Positions 1-11,261 of a DNA stretch of 64,000 nt are shown one piece after another. The DNA is taken from assembly GCA_963779415.1 (NCBI GenBank), contig CAVZYA010000001.1, positions 224,001 through 288,000 on the forward strand, written 5' to 3'. This DNA is from an uncultured Acidobacteriota bacterium. Lineage in GTDB: Bacteria > Acidobacteriota > Thermoanaerobaculia > UBA5066. Position 1 is the first letter of the stretch. Each line of letters opens with the position of its first letter. The notes under the pieces are model-generated. The model saw only the letters and a list, made by a program, of their open reading frames with translations. It made no database searches and had not been told where the DNA came from. The position numbers and the translations under genes are program-made.

Positions 1-1271
1 AGGATCTGGTCCTTCGAGAAGAACCCCGACAATGGGACGATGCCGGCGATCGCGAGCGTGGCGATGAGCATCGTCCGGTAGGTCTGGGGGAGCCGGGGCG
101 CGAGGCCCCCCATCTTCCGCATGTCCTGCTCATGGTGCATCGCGCGGATGACCGAGCCCGACCCGAGGAAGAGGCAGGCCTTGAAGAAGGCGTGCGTGAA
201 GACGTGGAACATCCCCGCCGCGAAGGCGCCGACGCCGCAGGCGAGGAACATGTAGCCGAGCTGGGAGACCGTCGAGTAGGCGAGGACCTTCTTGATGTCG
301 TTCTGCGCGAGCCCGATCGAAGCCGCGAAGATCGCCGTCCCCGCGCCGATCCACGCCACGAGCGTCATGGCGTCGGGAGCGAGGACGAAGACCGTGCTCG
401 TCCGCGCGACGAGGTAGACACCGGCCGTGACCATGGTCGCCGCGTGGATGAGGGCCGAGACGGGCGTCGGGCCCGCCATGGCGTCCGGGAGCCAGACGTA
501 GAGCGGGACCTGCGCGCTCTTGCCGCAGGCGCCGAGGAAGAGGAGGAGGCAGACGGCGTAGACGGGGAGCGGAGCGGCGTCCGAGAGCGCGGCGTGCCGT
601 GCCGCCTCGATGAAGGAGAAATCCGTCGTACCGAAGAGGGCGAGGATCCCGAAGATCCCGAGGACGAAGCCGACGTCGCCGACACGGTTCACGATGAACG
701 CCTTCTTGCCGGCGGCCGCCGCGAAGTCCTTGTCGTAGTAGTAGCCGATCAGGAGGTACGAGCAGAGGCCGACCCCTTCCCAACCGACGAAGAGGACCGC
801 GAGGTTGTTCCCGAGGACGAGCGTCAGCATCGCGAACATGAAGAGGTTCAGGAACGCGAAATAGCGGCCGTACCCTTCCTCTTCCTGCATGTAGCCGACG
901 CTGTAGAGGTGGATCAGCGTCCCGACGAAAGTGACGAACGAGAGCATCATGGCCGAGAGGGCGTCCAGCCGGAACGCCACGTCGACGCTGAAGTCCCCCG
1001 CGAACATCCACGTCCAGACGGTCTGGACGACCGGTACGGTCTCTCCCCCGAGCGCGCGGGCGCCCCACGGGACGAGGGCCCCGAAGGCGAGGACGCCGGA
1101 GAGCCCGACGCTCCCGACGCCGACGACGCCGTGGAAGAGGCGCTGGCCGTACGGGAGCGGCCCACCCGACTCCCCCTTCCGGGCGCGCGCCATCGCGAAG
1201 GCCAGGGCGACCAGCCCGTTCACGACGAATCCGAGGAGGGGGAGCGCCGGGATCCACCAGAGAGGCGTCAT
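1..1271 (-). CDS. nuoL: NADH-quinone oxidoreductase subunit L (3' part outside window)
   Basis: Manual minus-strand translation from ATG 1271 ([15 protein letters not shown]...) includes [31 protein letters not shown] and GFFSKD; runs off the window edge, so it is absent from the ORF track. Confidence 0.95.
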   Translation of the reverse strand, partial: MTPLWWIPALPLLGFVVNGLVALAFAMARARKGESGGPLPYGQRLFHGVVGVGSVGLSGVLAFGALVPWGARALGGETVPVVQTVWTWMFAGDFSVDVAFRLDALSAMMLSFVTFVGTLIHLYSVGYMQEEEGYGRYFAFLNLFMFAMLTLVLGNNLAVLFVGWEGVGLCSYLLIGYYYDKDFAAAAGKKAFIVNRVGDVGFVLGIFGILALFGTTDFSFIEAARHAALSDAAPLPVYAVCLLLFLGACGKSAQVPLYVWLPDAMAGPTPVSALIHAATMVTAGVYLVARTSTVFVLAPDAMTLVAWIGAGTAIFAASIGLAQNDIKKVLAYSTVSQLGYMFLACGVGAFAAGMFHVFTHAFFKACLFLGSGSVIRAMHHEQDMRKMGGLAPRLPQTYRTMLIATLAIAGIVPLSGFFSKDQI

Positions 1272-1278
1272 CGGGCGC

Positions 1279-1611
1279 TCACCACTTCAGGAGGTTGACC
1301 CGGTCGACCTCGATGGTCTGCCGGGACCGGAAGAGAGCGACGAAGACCGCCAGCCCCACGGCGGCCTCGGCGGCCGCGATGGCGATGACGAAGAAGACGA
1401 TGACGTGGCTCGCGGCGTCCCCCCGCATCCTCCCGTAGGTCAAAAAGAGGAGGTTGACGGAATTCATCATCAGCTCGATCGACAGGAAGATCGAGAGCGC
1501 ATTCCGCTTCAGGAGCGCGCCGACGAGGCCGATGGCGAAGAGGATCGTCCCGGCGGCGAGAAAGGCCGCGGGGGGGACGCTCATCGGGGCGACACCGGCG
1601 AGGGGACTCAA
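1279..1611 (-). CDS. nuoK: NADH-quinone oxidoreductase subunit K (alternative start 1584)
   Basis: [16 protein letters not shown] and [12 protein letters not shown] motifs. Confidence 0.95.
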   Translation of the reverse strand: MSPLAGVAPMSVPPAAFLAAGTILFAIGLVGALLKRNALSIFLSIELMMNSVNLLFLTYGRMRGDAASHVIVFFVIAIAAAEAAVGLAVFVALFRSRQTIEVDRVNLLKW

Positions 1612-2126
1612 TCCATCCTCCTTCTCGAGAGGATGAGCGCGCCGACCGCCGCCGCGAGCAGGAGGACGGCCGAGGCCTCGAAGGCGAAGAGGTAGTCGGA
1701 GAAGAGGAGCCTTCCGACGACGGGGATCTCGTCGACGGACGGGATCCGCGCGCCGCCGGCCGGGGACGTGACGGGGGGCGCCCCCGCGCGGAGCGTGATG
1801 CCGAGGAGGAGGCCGCCGAGGGCGAGGCCCGCGACGAGGCCGAGGACCCGCTGGACGGGCCGGCTGTCCTTCTCGCGCGCCTCCTCGTTCAGGTTGAGCA
1901 GCATGATGACGAAGAGGAACAGGACGAGGATGGCGCCCGCGTAGACGATCATGACGATCGCCGCGATGAACGGCGCGGCCAGCATGACGGAGAGGACGGA
2001 GATCCCGAAGAAGGTCACGACGAGGGCGAGAACGCTCCGGACCGGCGTCTTCTGGATCACCATCGCGAGAGCGAAGGCGATCGCGAGGCCGGCCGAGACG
2101 GCGAAGAGAAGGAGGTCGGCGTTCAC
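1608..2126 (-). CDS. nuoJ: NADH-quinone oxidoreductase subunit J
   Basis: IVYAGAILVLFLFVIMLL motif; GTG start overlaps nuoH stop (GTGA). Confidence 0.93.
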   Translation of the reverse strand: MNADLLLFAVSAGLAIAFALAMVIQKTPVRSVLALVVTFFGISVLSVMLAAPFIAAIVMIVYAGAILVLFLFVIMLLNLNEEAREKDSRPVQRVLGLVAGLALGGLLLGITLRAGAPPVTSPAGGARIPSVDEIPVVGRLLFSDYLFAFEASAVLLLAAAVGALILSRRRMD

Positions 2127-3154
2127 GGGGCTCCCCCTGTCGAGACGATCCAGGCGACCGCGAGGAGGTTGAGGACCGAGAGCGGGAGGAGAACCTTCCA
2201 CCCGAGGCTCATCAGCTGGTCGTAGCGGAAACGCGGAAGAGTCCAGCGGACCCAGATGAAGACGAAGATGACGGCGAGAGTCTTCGTCCAGAAGACGGCG
2301 ATCGAGACGAGGCCGCCCCAGACGCCCGTGAGCGTCACGAACGGGATCGCCCATCCGCCGAGATAGAGCGTCACGATCATGGCGGAGGCCGCGATCATGT
2401 TCGCGTACTCGCTCATGAAGAACATGCCGAACTTGAAGGCGGAGTACTCCGTGTGGTACCCGGCCACGAGCTCCGCCTCGGCTTCGGGAAGGTCGAAGGG
2501 GACGCGGTTCGTCTCGGCGAAGGCGGCCACGACGAAGACGACGAACCCGACGAACTGCGGGACGCAGTTCCAGACGTTCCGGACCTGCCAGTCGACCACG
2601 GCGGAGGGCTTGAGCGAGCTGGCGGTTACGAAGGTCGCGATCGCGGCGAGGCCCATCGAAAGCTCGTAGCTGATGACCTGCGCCGAGGAGCGGAGCCCGC
2701 CGAGAAGCGAGTACTTGTTGTTCGACGCCCATCCGGCGAGGACGAGTCCGTAGACCCCGACCGAGGTGAGGGCGAAGACGTAGAGGATCCCGATGTTCAC
2801 GTCCGCGATGACGAGCTTCACGTTGCGGCCGGCCACCGGAATGCTGGAGCCGAAGGGGATGACCGCGAAGGTCGTCAGGGCGGGAACGAGGAGGATGGCG
2901 GGCGCCACCGTGTGGAGCAGCTTGTCCACGTAGAGCGGCGTCACGTCCTCCTTCAGGAACATCTTCAGGACGTCCGCGACCGCCTGGAGGAGGCCGAGCG
3001 GGCCGACGCGGTTCGGGCCGGGGCGATCCTGGATCAGGCCGGCGCCGCGGCGCTCGGCCCAGACGAGGTTCGGAAGAAGGGCCGCGAGCATCACCGCCCA
3101 GACGGCGGCGATCTTCGCGATGGCGGCGAGAGCGTCGAAGAGGGCCGGACTCAC
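2123..3154 (-). CDS. nuoH: NADH-quinone oxidoreductase subunit H
   Basis: ERR..GLIQDRPGPNRVGP, ETNRVPFDLPEAEAELVAGYHTEYS, PRFRYDQLM motifs. Confidence 0.97.
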   Translation of the reverse strand: MSPALFDALAAIAKIAAVWAVMLAALLPNLVWAERRGAGLIQDRPGPNRVGPLGLLQAVADVLKMFLKEDVTPLYVDKLLHTVAPAILLVPALTTFAVIPFGSSIPVAGRNVKLVIADVNIGILYVFALTSVGVYGLVLAGWASNNKYSLLGGLRSSAQVISYELSMGLAAIATFVTASSLKPSAVVDWQVRNVWNCVPQFVGFVVFVVAAFAETNRVPFDLPEAEAELVAGYHTEYSAFKFGMFFMSEYANMIAASAMIVTLYLGGWAIPFVTLTGVWGGLVSIAVFWTKTLAVIFVFIWVRWTLPRFRYDQLMSLGWKVLLPLSVLNLLAVAWIVSTGGAP

Positions 3155-4855
3155 GGCTTCACGTCCGGCGCAGCCACGGAGGGGCGCGCGAAGACCTCTT
3201 CGTCCGGCCGTGTCTCGAGGCCGAGGACGTCGTAGGCCGAGGTGATCGACGCGGAGGGGGGGTTCCCGACGACCGCGTCGGAGTTCCAGTCGAGGCCCGC
3301 GTATCCCGGTACCGAGCCCTTCATCCGGTCGAAGACCTCCGCCGGGCCCCAGCCCGTCTCGAAGGCGCCGAAGAGCTTCCCGAGGTGAAGGAGGATCTCG
3401 AGGTCGGTCCGGACGATCGGCGGCGGGAGAATCGCGCGGTCGAACCGCTGGACGCGCCCCTCGCGGTTCACGAACGTCCCCTCCTTCCCGCCGAGGTTCG
3501 CGGCGGGGAGGACGATGTCTGCGGCCTCCGAGAGGGCGTTCTTCACCCGCGCATGGACGATGAGGACGGCAGCCGCGCGGAGCAGCGCGACGAAAGAGGG
3601 ATCGGAAGCCCGATCGGTAAATGTCGCGTCCGCGATGTAAAGAACCGACGGGGGAGAGATCTTCTTAGAAAGAAAGAGATCAAACGCAGAGCCATCGCCA
3701 GGCTGGCTGCGCCGAACGCCGGCAGCTTCTGCGCCTTTGGCGTTGGGGGCCGCGACGGTGCCGTGGATCCACTCCGTCCCGCGCTTCATCCGCCGGGCGG
3801 GGCCTTCGTCCACGCGAAACTCCAGGTTCTTCACCTTCAAAGAATCTCTGAACAGCCTGGCAAGCAGCCAGTTCTCTTCGGTGGAGAGACGGGCGGAGCC
3901 AAGGACGATTACTTTCGAAGAATCTTCTTTCAGCGCCCTGTCGACCGCCATCTTGACTTCATCGAGGGCTTCCCCCCAATTCGTTTTCTTCCTTTCCGAA
4001 TTTCCCCCCAAGCGGATCTCGGGCCTTGTGTACCCGGGCTCGTTGAGAAGCTCGGAGCGGAAGCGGCCATAGTCGCAGAGCCAATAGTCGTTGACGGCGG
4101 GCTGGACGCGCGGAGTGGACCGGTAGACGACGCCGTCCTTGTGCTCGAGCGCGAGGTTGCAGCCGATCTCGCAGCCGTCGCAGATCGAGCGGGTCTTGTC
4201 GAGCCACCAGACGCGCTTGCGGAACCGGAACTCCTTCACGGTGAGGGCGCCGACCGGACAGACGTCGGCGGCGCAGGCCGAGAGGTCGTTGTCCAGCGGA
4301 CGCCCTTCGTGCGTCCAGACGAAGGTGTGCCCGGCCCGTTCGACGAAGGTCAGCTCTCCCGTCTCGGAGATCTCGCGGCAGAACCGGATGCAGCGCGTGC
4401 ACTGGATGCAGCGCGTCATGTCGGCCACGACGTTCGGGCCGATGGCCGTCCGGTCGTAACCCGGGAACAGCCGCCGCGGCTCGGACGTGCGGGAGACCGG
4501 GATCCCGCCCTCGACGGCGTTGTCCTGCAGCTTGCACTCGCCGGCCTGATCGCAGATCGGGCAGTCGAGCGGATGGTTGATCAGGAGGAACTCCATCGTG
4601 GCGTTCCGCGCCGCGAGGGCGCGCTCGCTCGACGCGCGGATCACCATTCCGTCGCGGATCGGGACCGTGCACGACGCCTGCACCTTCGGCACCCCGTCGA
4701 TCTCGACCATGCACATCCGGCACTGGCCGACGATGGAGAGCTTCGGGTGGTAGCAGAAGTGGGGGACGTCGACCCCCGCCGCGCGGCACGCCTCGAGGGC
4801 GTTCGACGGCATCGGGGACCTCCACGGTCCGGCCGTCGACCGTGACCTTCGCCAT
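3151..4855 (-). CDS. nuoG: NADH-quinone oxidoreductase subunit G (short form, about 570 aa; one frameshift near 4813)
   Basis: [14 protein letters not shown] start at 4855; HFCYHPKL..GQCRMC, HPLDCPICDQAGEC, CIQCTRCIRFC Fe-S motifs. Confidence 0.92.
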
Positions 4856-6233
4856 CAGTCGTGAATCCCCGCCGCCGTCCGGTCGGCGACCTTCGAGGAG
4901 ATGTCGCGGGGCGCGGGGAGCGCGAAGTCCGGCTCCCGGGAGGCCGTGATGTACGCCTCGAACTCCTCGCGGAACTTCGAGACGCCGGAGAGGACGGGGG
5001 CGATGGCCGCGTCGGCGAAGACGCAGATCGTCATCCCGTTCCCCATCTGGTTCGCGATCGAGAGAAGGAGGTCGAGGTCCGTCCTCTTCCCTTCGCCGTT
5101 CACGATCCGCTTGAGAGCCTTGTTCAGCCAGGGCGTCCCCTCGCGGCAGGGCGTGCACTGGCCGCACGACTCGTGGGCGAAGAACTTCGAGATGTTCGTG
5201 ACGGCCTTCGGCATGTCGGTCGTCTCGTCCATCACGATGATCGCGGCCGAGCCGAACATCGACTTCGCGGCCGCGAGGCCGTCGAAGTCCATCGGGACGC
5301 CGGCGATCTCGGCCGCCGTGAGCATCGGCGCGGACGCGCCCCCCGGGATGACGGCCTTCAGCTTCCGTCCGCCCGCGGACCCCTCCCGCCATCGCGAGGA
5401 GCTCTTCCCACGGGATGCCGATCGGGGCCTCGTAGACCCCCGGCTTCTCGACGTGTCCGGAGACGCAGTAGAGCTTCGGGCCGGTGTTCCGTTCGTTCCG
5501 CCCGATCCCCTTGAACCAGTCGGCGCCGCGGTCGACGATGTGCTTGACGCAGGCGAGGGTCTCGACGTTGTTGACGACGGTCGGGGCAGCCCCAGGCGCC
5601 CCAGACGGCCGGGAAGGGGGGCTTGATCCGCGGATGCCCGCGCTTCCCCTCGAGGCTCTCGATGAGGGCCGTCTCCTCGCCGCAGATGTAGGCGCCGGCC
5701 CCGCGGTGGACGGTGACGTCGAGGTCGAGGTCCGAGCCGAGGACGTTCTTCCCGAGGAGGCCCGCCGCTTCGGCCTCGGCGATCGCCTCGTTCAGGATCC
5801 GGCGCCCCCTGCCACATCTCGCCCCGGATGTAGATGTAGGCGTGCTTCACCTCGAGGGCGAAGCTCGAAAGGAGGATCCCCTCGAGGACCTGGTGCGGGT
5901 CCTCCTCGATGAGGACCCGGTCCTTGAAGGTGCCGGGCTCCGACTCGTCCGCGTTGCAGAGGAGGTAGACCGGCTTTTCGCCCCGCTTCTCCTTCGGCGG
6001 GACGAAGGTCCACTTCATCCCGCACGGGAACCCCGCGCCGCCGCGGCCCCGGAGGCCCGAGGCCTTCACCATCTCGGTGACCTTCGCGCTCGTCCACTCG
6101 CCCGAGGCGGCTCCGGCGACGACCTTCTTCCACGAGGCGTAGCCGCCGTCGGCGAGGTACGTCGCGAGCTTCGCGCTCGCGGGCTTGCCGACGCGCGCGG
6201 TCAGGACGGGGGGATCGGCTCGAGACCGGCCAT
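4855..6233 (-). CDS. nuoF: NADH-quinone oxidoreductase subunit F (several frameshifts, probably assembly errors)
   Basis: [39 protein letters not shown] motifs spread over different frames. Confidence 0.92.
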
Positions 6234-6792
6234 CTATCCGAGCCTCTTGAGGAAGTCGTCGAGCTTCTCTTCCGTCACGTAGAAGAAGTCGTCCTCGTTC
6301 ACCTGCACGGCCGGGGCCTTGTCGCAACGGGCGAGGCACTCCACCTCGACGACGGTGTACTTCCCGTCGGGAGTCGTCTCGCCCGGCTCGAGGTCCCCGA
6401 GCTTCTTCCGGCAGGCCGCGTAGACCTTCTCGGCTCCGTTCAGGTGGCAGGAGATCGAGGTGCAGAACTGGACGAGGTGCTTCCCGACCGGGGCGCGGTT
6501 GTACATCGTGTAGAAGGTCACGACGCCCCAGACGAAGGCGGGAGAGAGGGCGAGAATCGAGGCGACGTAGTCGACCGCCTCGCGCGAGATCCAGCCGAAC
6601 TCCTTCTGGGCGAGCCAGAGGGTCGGCAGCAGGGCGGCCTGCTTCGTCGGGTAGCGCGCCGACGATCCGGTCGAACGAGGCGCGTGCGTCCGGGCCGAAC
6701 TCCAGGGCCTTCCCGCACGACCGGGCCCCGTGGTCCGCGGCGTGTGGGTTTCCGGGGAGCTCGCCGAGTGGCGTGTTCGCGCCGCCGCTCAT
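6234..6792 (-). CDS. nuoE: NADH-quinone oxidoreductase subunit E (frameshifted N-terminal part)
   Basis: TFYTMY, CTSISC..G, VECLARCDKAP 2Fe-2S motifs; ATG overlaps nuoA TAA (TAATG). Confidence 0.9.
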
Positions 6793-7152
6793 TACCAGTC
6801 GAACGCTCCCTTCTTCCAGAGGTAGATGTCGCCGAGGACGAGGAGGGCGAGGAAGGGCATCATCGCCCAGAAGGCGGCCCCGCCCCCGTCCCGAAGGACG
6901 ACGGCCCACGGGTAGAAGAAGGCCGTCTCGACGTCGAAGAGGATGAAGATCATCGCCACGATGAAGAACTTGATCGAGATCCGCTTCCGGCTGTCGTCGA
7001 GGAGGGGCATGCCGCTCTCGTACGGCCCCAGCTTCCTGCGGGTCCGGACCTTCCGTCCGACGAAGCGGTTCAGGACGAGGAGGAGGACCGCGATCACGAT
7101 GGCGGCCCCCGAGCATCATGAGGATGGGGAGGAATGGCTGGGTGGTGCCCAT
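6792..7152 (-). CDS. nuoA: NADH-quinone oxidoreductase subunit A (frameshift near 7110)
   Basis: PYESGM, FFIVAMIFILFDVETAFFYPWA, WKKGAFDW motifs. Confidence 0.93.
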
Positions 7153-7207
7153 CGGAAAGCTCGTGATACTTTTCACAACCGACCGCGGTTTCGTCAACAC
7201 TTACTTG

Positions 7208-7898
7208 ATGTCGGCAGTCCCGATCCGTCCCGTCGCTCTGATTCCGGCGTTTCGGTGCGAATCGAGCGTTGGGACGGTCGTTGCGGGCGTCCGTCACGTT
7301 CGTCGACGAGGTCGTGGTCGTGGACGACGGGAGCCCGGACGGCACGGCAGCCGCCGCGGATGAGGCGGGGGCGCTCGTCCTCCGCCGGAACGCGAACGGC
7401 GGAAAGGGTGCGGCGCTGCGGGACGGGCTGGCCGTCGTCCTTCGCGCAGGGCTTCACCCACGTCGCCTTCGTCGACGCCGACGGCCAGCACGATCCGGCC
7501 GACCTCCCGCGCCTCCTCGCCGCCGCGGCCGGGGGAGCCGACTTCGTCATCGGGTCGCGCCTCCGGAGCCCGGAGACGATGCCGGCGAAGAACTACTGGG
7601 CGAACACGATCGGCGACAAGGTCCTCGCGCGGATGACCGGCCTTCCGGTGCGAGGACGGGCAGTCCGGCTATCGCGTCGTCTCGGCGGAGCTCCTCCGGC
7701 CGCTCCGGCTCGTCTCCCGCCGCTTCGCCATCGAGAACGAGATCCTCGTCAAGGCGGCGCCGCGCGTCCGCCGACTCGCGATCGTCCCCGTGCGGACGAT
7801 CTACGGGGCCGGGCGGCAGCCACTACCGGCCCTTCCACGACACCTGGATTACTTCGTGGCTCACCGTCTGGTACAAAACGATGGGTGGGGAGTCATAA
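7208..7898 (+). CDS. Glycosyltransferase family 2 (DPM-synthase-like; frameshifted)
   Basis: LIPAF, VVDDGSPD, N.GKGAAL, DADGQHDP, GSR and QSGYR motifs across frames. Confidence 0.85.
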
Positions 7899-7905
7899 TC
7901 CTCCG

Positions 7906-8801
7906 GTGTCCGTGCAAGGCCCGTCCTGACCGTCGACGTCGAGGAGTGGTTCCACGTCTGCGGGCACCCGGACTACGGCGATCCCCGGCACGTGGGACGC
8001 CCGCCCCTCGCGCGTCGAACAGGGGGTGGAGCGGATCCTCGCGCTCCTCGCCCCGACGGAGTCGCGCGCGACCTTCTTCGTCCTCGGCTGGATCGCGCGG
8101 AAGGCCCCCGGGGTCGTTCGGCGCGATCGTCGACGCCGGGCACGAGATCGGCTGCCACGGCGACCTCCACCGCCGGGTCGGACGAGATGAGCCCCGGGGA
8201 GTTCCGGGCCGACGTCGTCCGGAGCCGGGACGTCCTGCAGGATCTCCTCGGACGGCGCGTGACCGCCTTCCGCGCGCCCGAGTGGTCGATGCGGACGACG
8301 GACAACCCGGCGTTCGCGATACTCGTCGAGGAGGGATTCGCGCGTCGACTCTTCCCTCGTCGACGCCCCGCCCGTCGGCGTGCCCGGAAACCCGACCCGG
8401 CCGCGTCGTGATCCGGACGCCGTCCGGTCCGATCCTCGAGGTGCCGCCGCTCCTGGGGACGTTCTTCTTCCAGCGAGCGATGCTGGGGCGGAGGGGTCTG
8501 CATGCGGATGACCCGCTTCTCGCGGGTGAACGCGGCCGTCGAGCGCTCTCTCGCCGACGGCGATCCCGCCCGTTCTCTACTGCCATCCGTGGGAGTTCGA
8601 CGAGGCGCATCCGCCGATGCCGGGGCTCACGCTCGTCGAGCGGCTCGTCAAGTTCGCCGGAAGGCGCCGGACTGAGGAGCGGCTCAAGGCCTGGCTCGCG
8701 CGGCACACGCTCGTCGCCGATCTCCTCCGTAGCAGTGTCGCCGGCCGGATCGTCCCGAGAGCACGTTCCTCGAAGGTAGAGACGCAGGGGAGGCGGCGTG
8801 A
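7906..8801 (+). CDS. Polysaccharide deacetylase family protein (frameshifted; ends approximate)
   Basis: TVDVEEWFH, ATFFVLGW, GHEIGCHG, FRAPEWS, YCHPWEFD motifs across frames. Confidence 0.8.
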
Positions 8802-9775
8802 CGTCGTCGGGCAGGGCCGTGTCGTTCGCAGCGCTCTTCCCCGGGCAGCTCTCCGAGAAGGCCGGGATGGGGGAGGCCTTCGCCTCGCGATTCGATTTCG
8901 TCGCCTCCTGGTTCGAGGAGGCCTCCCGCCGGTCGGGGGTCGACCTCGCGGCGACTTTTCTTCGGCGCCGGGGCCCCCGGCCTGCACGACGACCTTCCGG
9001 CGCAGGTCGGCGTCTTCGCGCTCTCCGTCGCGGCCCTCGACGTCCTGGAGAGAATCCACGGGCTCGTCCCGGGCGCCGTCGCCGGATACAGCCTCGGGAC
9101 GTACGCGGCGTTCGTGGCCGCCGGAAGCCTCGATCGCGAAGCGGCTCTCGACGTCCTTCTCGCGGCCCAGCGGCTCCTCGATGAAGACCGTCGAGCGGGC
9201 GGGTCCCGCCCCGGCGGGATGGGATTCGTCATCGGCCTTTCGAAGTCCGCGTCTCGAAGCCGAGATCGGCGGCGAGGAGGTCTCCATCGGAAACGAGAAC
9301 GCCCCCCAGCAGTTCGTCCTGACGGGGCAGAGAGATGCCGTCGGGAAAGTGATCGAGCGGCTGAGGCCGAACGCGCTGAAGGCCGAGATGCTTCCGCTCG
9401 CGCAGTGCATGCACTCGCCGCGTCTCGGCGACGTGACACGGAGATTGAAGATCTTCCTAGAGGGAAAGACCCCTTTACGCACGCCGAAGCTTTCCCTGTA
9501 TGCCCCGATGGTTGGGGCGCGGATCTCTTCACTCGAAGATGATTTCCTCGGTTCTCTCTGGTCAGATCTCGCGTCCGTCGCTCTGGTCTTCTACCCTAGC
9601 GTCGATGGGAGCGGACGGTTTTTCGGTCTTTGCGGAAGTCGGTCCGGGCGACGTCCTCACACGGCTTCTCCGGTGGACGCTCCGGAGCGCGAGAGGGTTC
9701 GTCGTGGAGGACCCGGAATCCGCCGCGGCCTTTGTTCGCGCGATGATCCCGTCGGAGATGGTGGCTCGTGGCTGA
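8798..9775 (+). CDS. fabD: ACP S-malonyltransferase-like acyltransferase (frameshifted)
   Basis: LFPGQ, GYSLG nucleophile motif, N.NAPQQFVLTG, MHSP, EVGPGDVL. Confidence 0.75.
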
Positions 9776-10523
9776 GACTCCCGAAGGCCGGCGGCGCGTG
9801 GCCCTCGTGACGGGGGCGTCGCGTGGAATCGGACGGGCCGTGGCCGAGCGGCTCGCCGCGGACGGCTTCCACGCCGTCCTGACGTATCGCGCCGACGAGA
9901 CCGGGGCGGCCGATGCCGTCGCGGCGATACGGGCCTTCGGCGGGAGCGCCGAAGCGGCCCGCTGCGACGCCGCCTCGAAGGACGACATCGTGGCCCTCGC
10001 CGACCGGCTCGAGTCCGAGCGCGAGGGGGTGGACGTTCTCGTGAACAACGCTGCCGTCCTGAAGAACGGCCTCTTCGCCCTGATGCCCGACGCGAGCTGG
10101 GAAATCGTCCTGAAGACGGTGCTGGACGGCACCTTCCATACGACGAAGGCGGTCATCCGGAGCATGCTGCGCCGCCGCTGGGGGCGGATCGTGAACGTCT
10201 CCTCCCTCGCCGCCTTCTCCGGGAGCGCCGGGCAGACGAACTACGCCGCCGCGAAAGGGGCTCTCGTCTCCTTCACGAAGTCGCTCGCGGCCGAGGTCGG
10301 CCCCTACAACGTCACGGTCAACGCCGTCGCGCCCGGCTTCGTCGACACGGAGATGATCTCCTTCCTCTCGAAAGAGGCCCGGGAGGATTTCCTGAAACGG
10401 ATCCCGGCCCGGCGGTTCGGCCTCCCGGCCGACATCGCGCCCTTCGTTTCGTTCCTCTGCACCGATGGCGCGTCGTACCTCACGGGCCAGACGATACGGA
10501 TCGACGGCGGCTTCGTCGGGTAG
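9768..10523 (+). CDS. fabG: 3-oxoacyl-ACP reductase
   Basis: VTGASRGIG, NNA, GQTNYAAAK, VNAVAPGFVDT. Confidence 0.92.
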   Translation: MAETPEGRRRVALVTGASRGIGRAVAERLAADGFHAVLTYRADETGAADAVAAIRAFGGSAEAARCDAASKDDIVALADRLESEREGVDVLVNNAAVLKNGLFALMPDASWEIVLKTVLDGTFHTTKAVIRSMLRRRWGRIVNVSSLAAFSGSAGQTNYAAAKGALVSFTKSLAAEVGPYNVTVNAVAPGFVDTEMISFLSKEAREDFLKRIPARRFGLPADIAPFVSFLCTDGASYLTGQTIRIDGGFVG

Positions 10524-10555
10524 CGGCGGGCCCGGATTGGTACACTGACCGCTCA

Positions 10556-10825
10556 ATGGAAACGAGTGACGACCTCAAGACGAGGGTGAAGGCCCTCATC
10601 GTCCGGCAGCTCAAGCTCGAAATCGACCCGGCCTCCATCGGGGACGACGCTCCGCTTTTCGGCGACGCCTCCGAGGGGCTCGGCCTCGACTCGATCGACG
10701 CCCTGGAGCTGGTCCTCGGCGTCGAGAAGGAATTCGGGATCAAGGTGCAGGACGAAGAGGTGGGGGTCAAGGCCTTCTCCTCCGTCGACGCTCTCTGTGA
10801 TTTCATCCGGAAGAAAGCGGCGTAA
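10556..10825 (+). CDS. Acyl carrier protein
   Basis: LGLDSIDALELV phosphopantetheine motif, 89 aa acidic protein. Confidence 0.92.
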   Translation: METSDDLKTRVKALIVRQLKLEIDPASIGDDAPLFGDASEGLGLDSIDALELVLGVEKEFGIKVQDEEVGVKAFSSVDALCDFIRKKAA

Positions 10826-10844
10826 GAATCCGGGCGTCCGACCG

Positions 10845-11261
10845 ATGAGCTTCGAAACGCTTCCCCATGCGTATCCATTTCGCTTCGTGGACCGGACGGT
10901 TGACCGGACCGGCGAGGAGAGCGGATCCGTCCGGGCGGTCGTCTCGGCCGGAGGCCGGGCGGCCGCCTCGGGGAGGCTGTCGGCCGGGATCGTCGCGGAG
11001 CTGATGGCGCAGGCGGCGCTTCTGCTGTCGGGGACCGACGAGGACCTCGGCCGTACCGGCTTTCTCGCCGGCCTCTCCGACGTCAAGGTCGTTCGTCCGC
11101 CGGCGCCGGGAGATTCCCTGACGGTGAAGTTCTCGGTGGCCGGGCGGATGGGGGCGATCGTTAAGTTCGACGCGACGATCCGGAACGGAGGCGGCGAACT
11201 CGTCGCGACCGGTGCCGTGACGGTCCGCGAAGGACGTTCGGAAGGGGAGACGCCGCCGTGA
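10845..11261 (+). CDS. FabZ/FabA-like hotdog dehydratase
   Basis: LPHAYPFRFVDR, ELMAQA, PGD motifs. Confidence 0.8.
   Translation: MSFETLPHAYPFRFVDRTVDRTGEESGSVRAVVSAGGRAAASGRLSAGIVAELMAQAALLLSGTDEDLGRTGFLAGLSDVKVVRPPAPGDSLTVKFSVAGRMGAIVKFDATIRNGGGELVATGAVTVREGRSEGETPP

Noticed and set aside
4800-9640. Numerous frameshifts in nuoG/F/E/A, GT2, deacetylase and fabD, suggesting pseudogenes or programmed frameshifting
   Set aside because: They are single-base indels, many in G/C runs, confined to one stretch and affecting core respiratory genes with intact motifs; most consistent with low-coverage long-read errors (check with reads)
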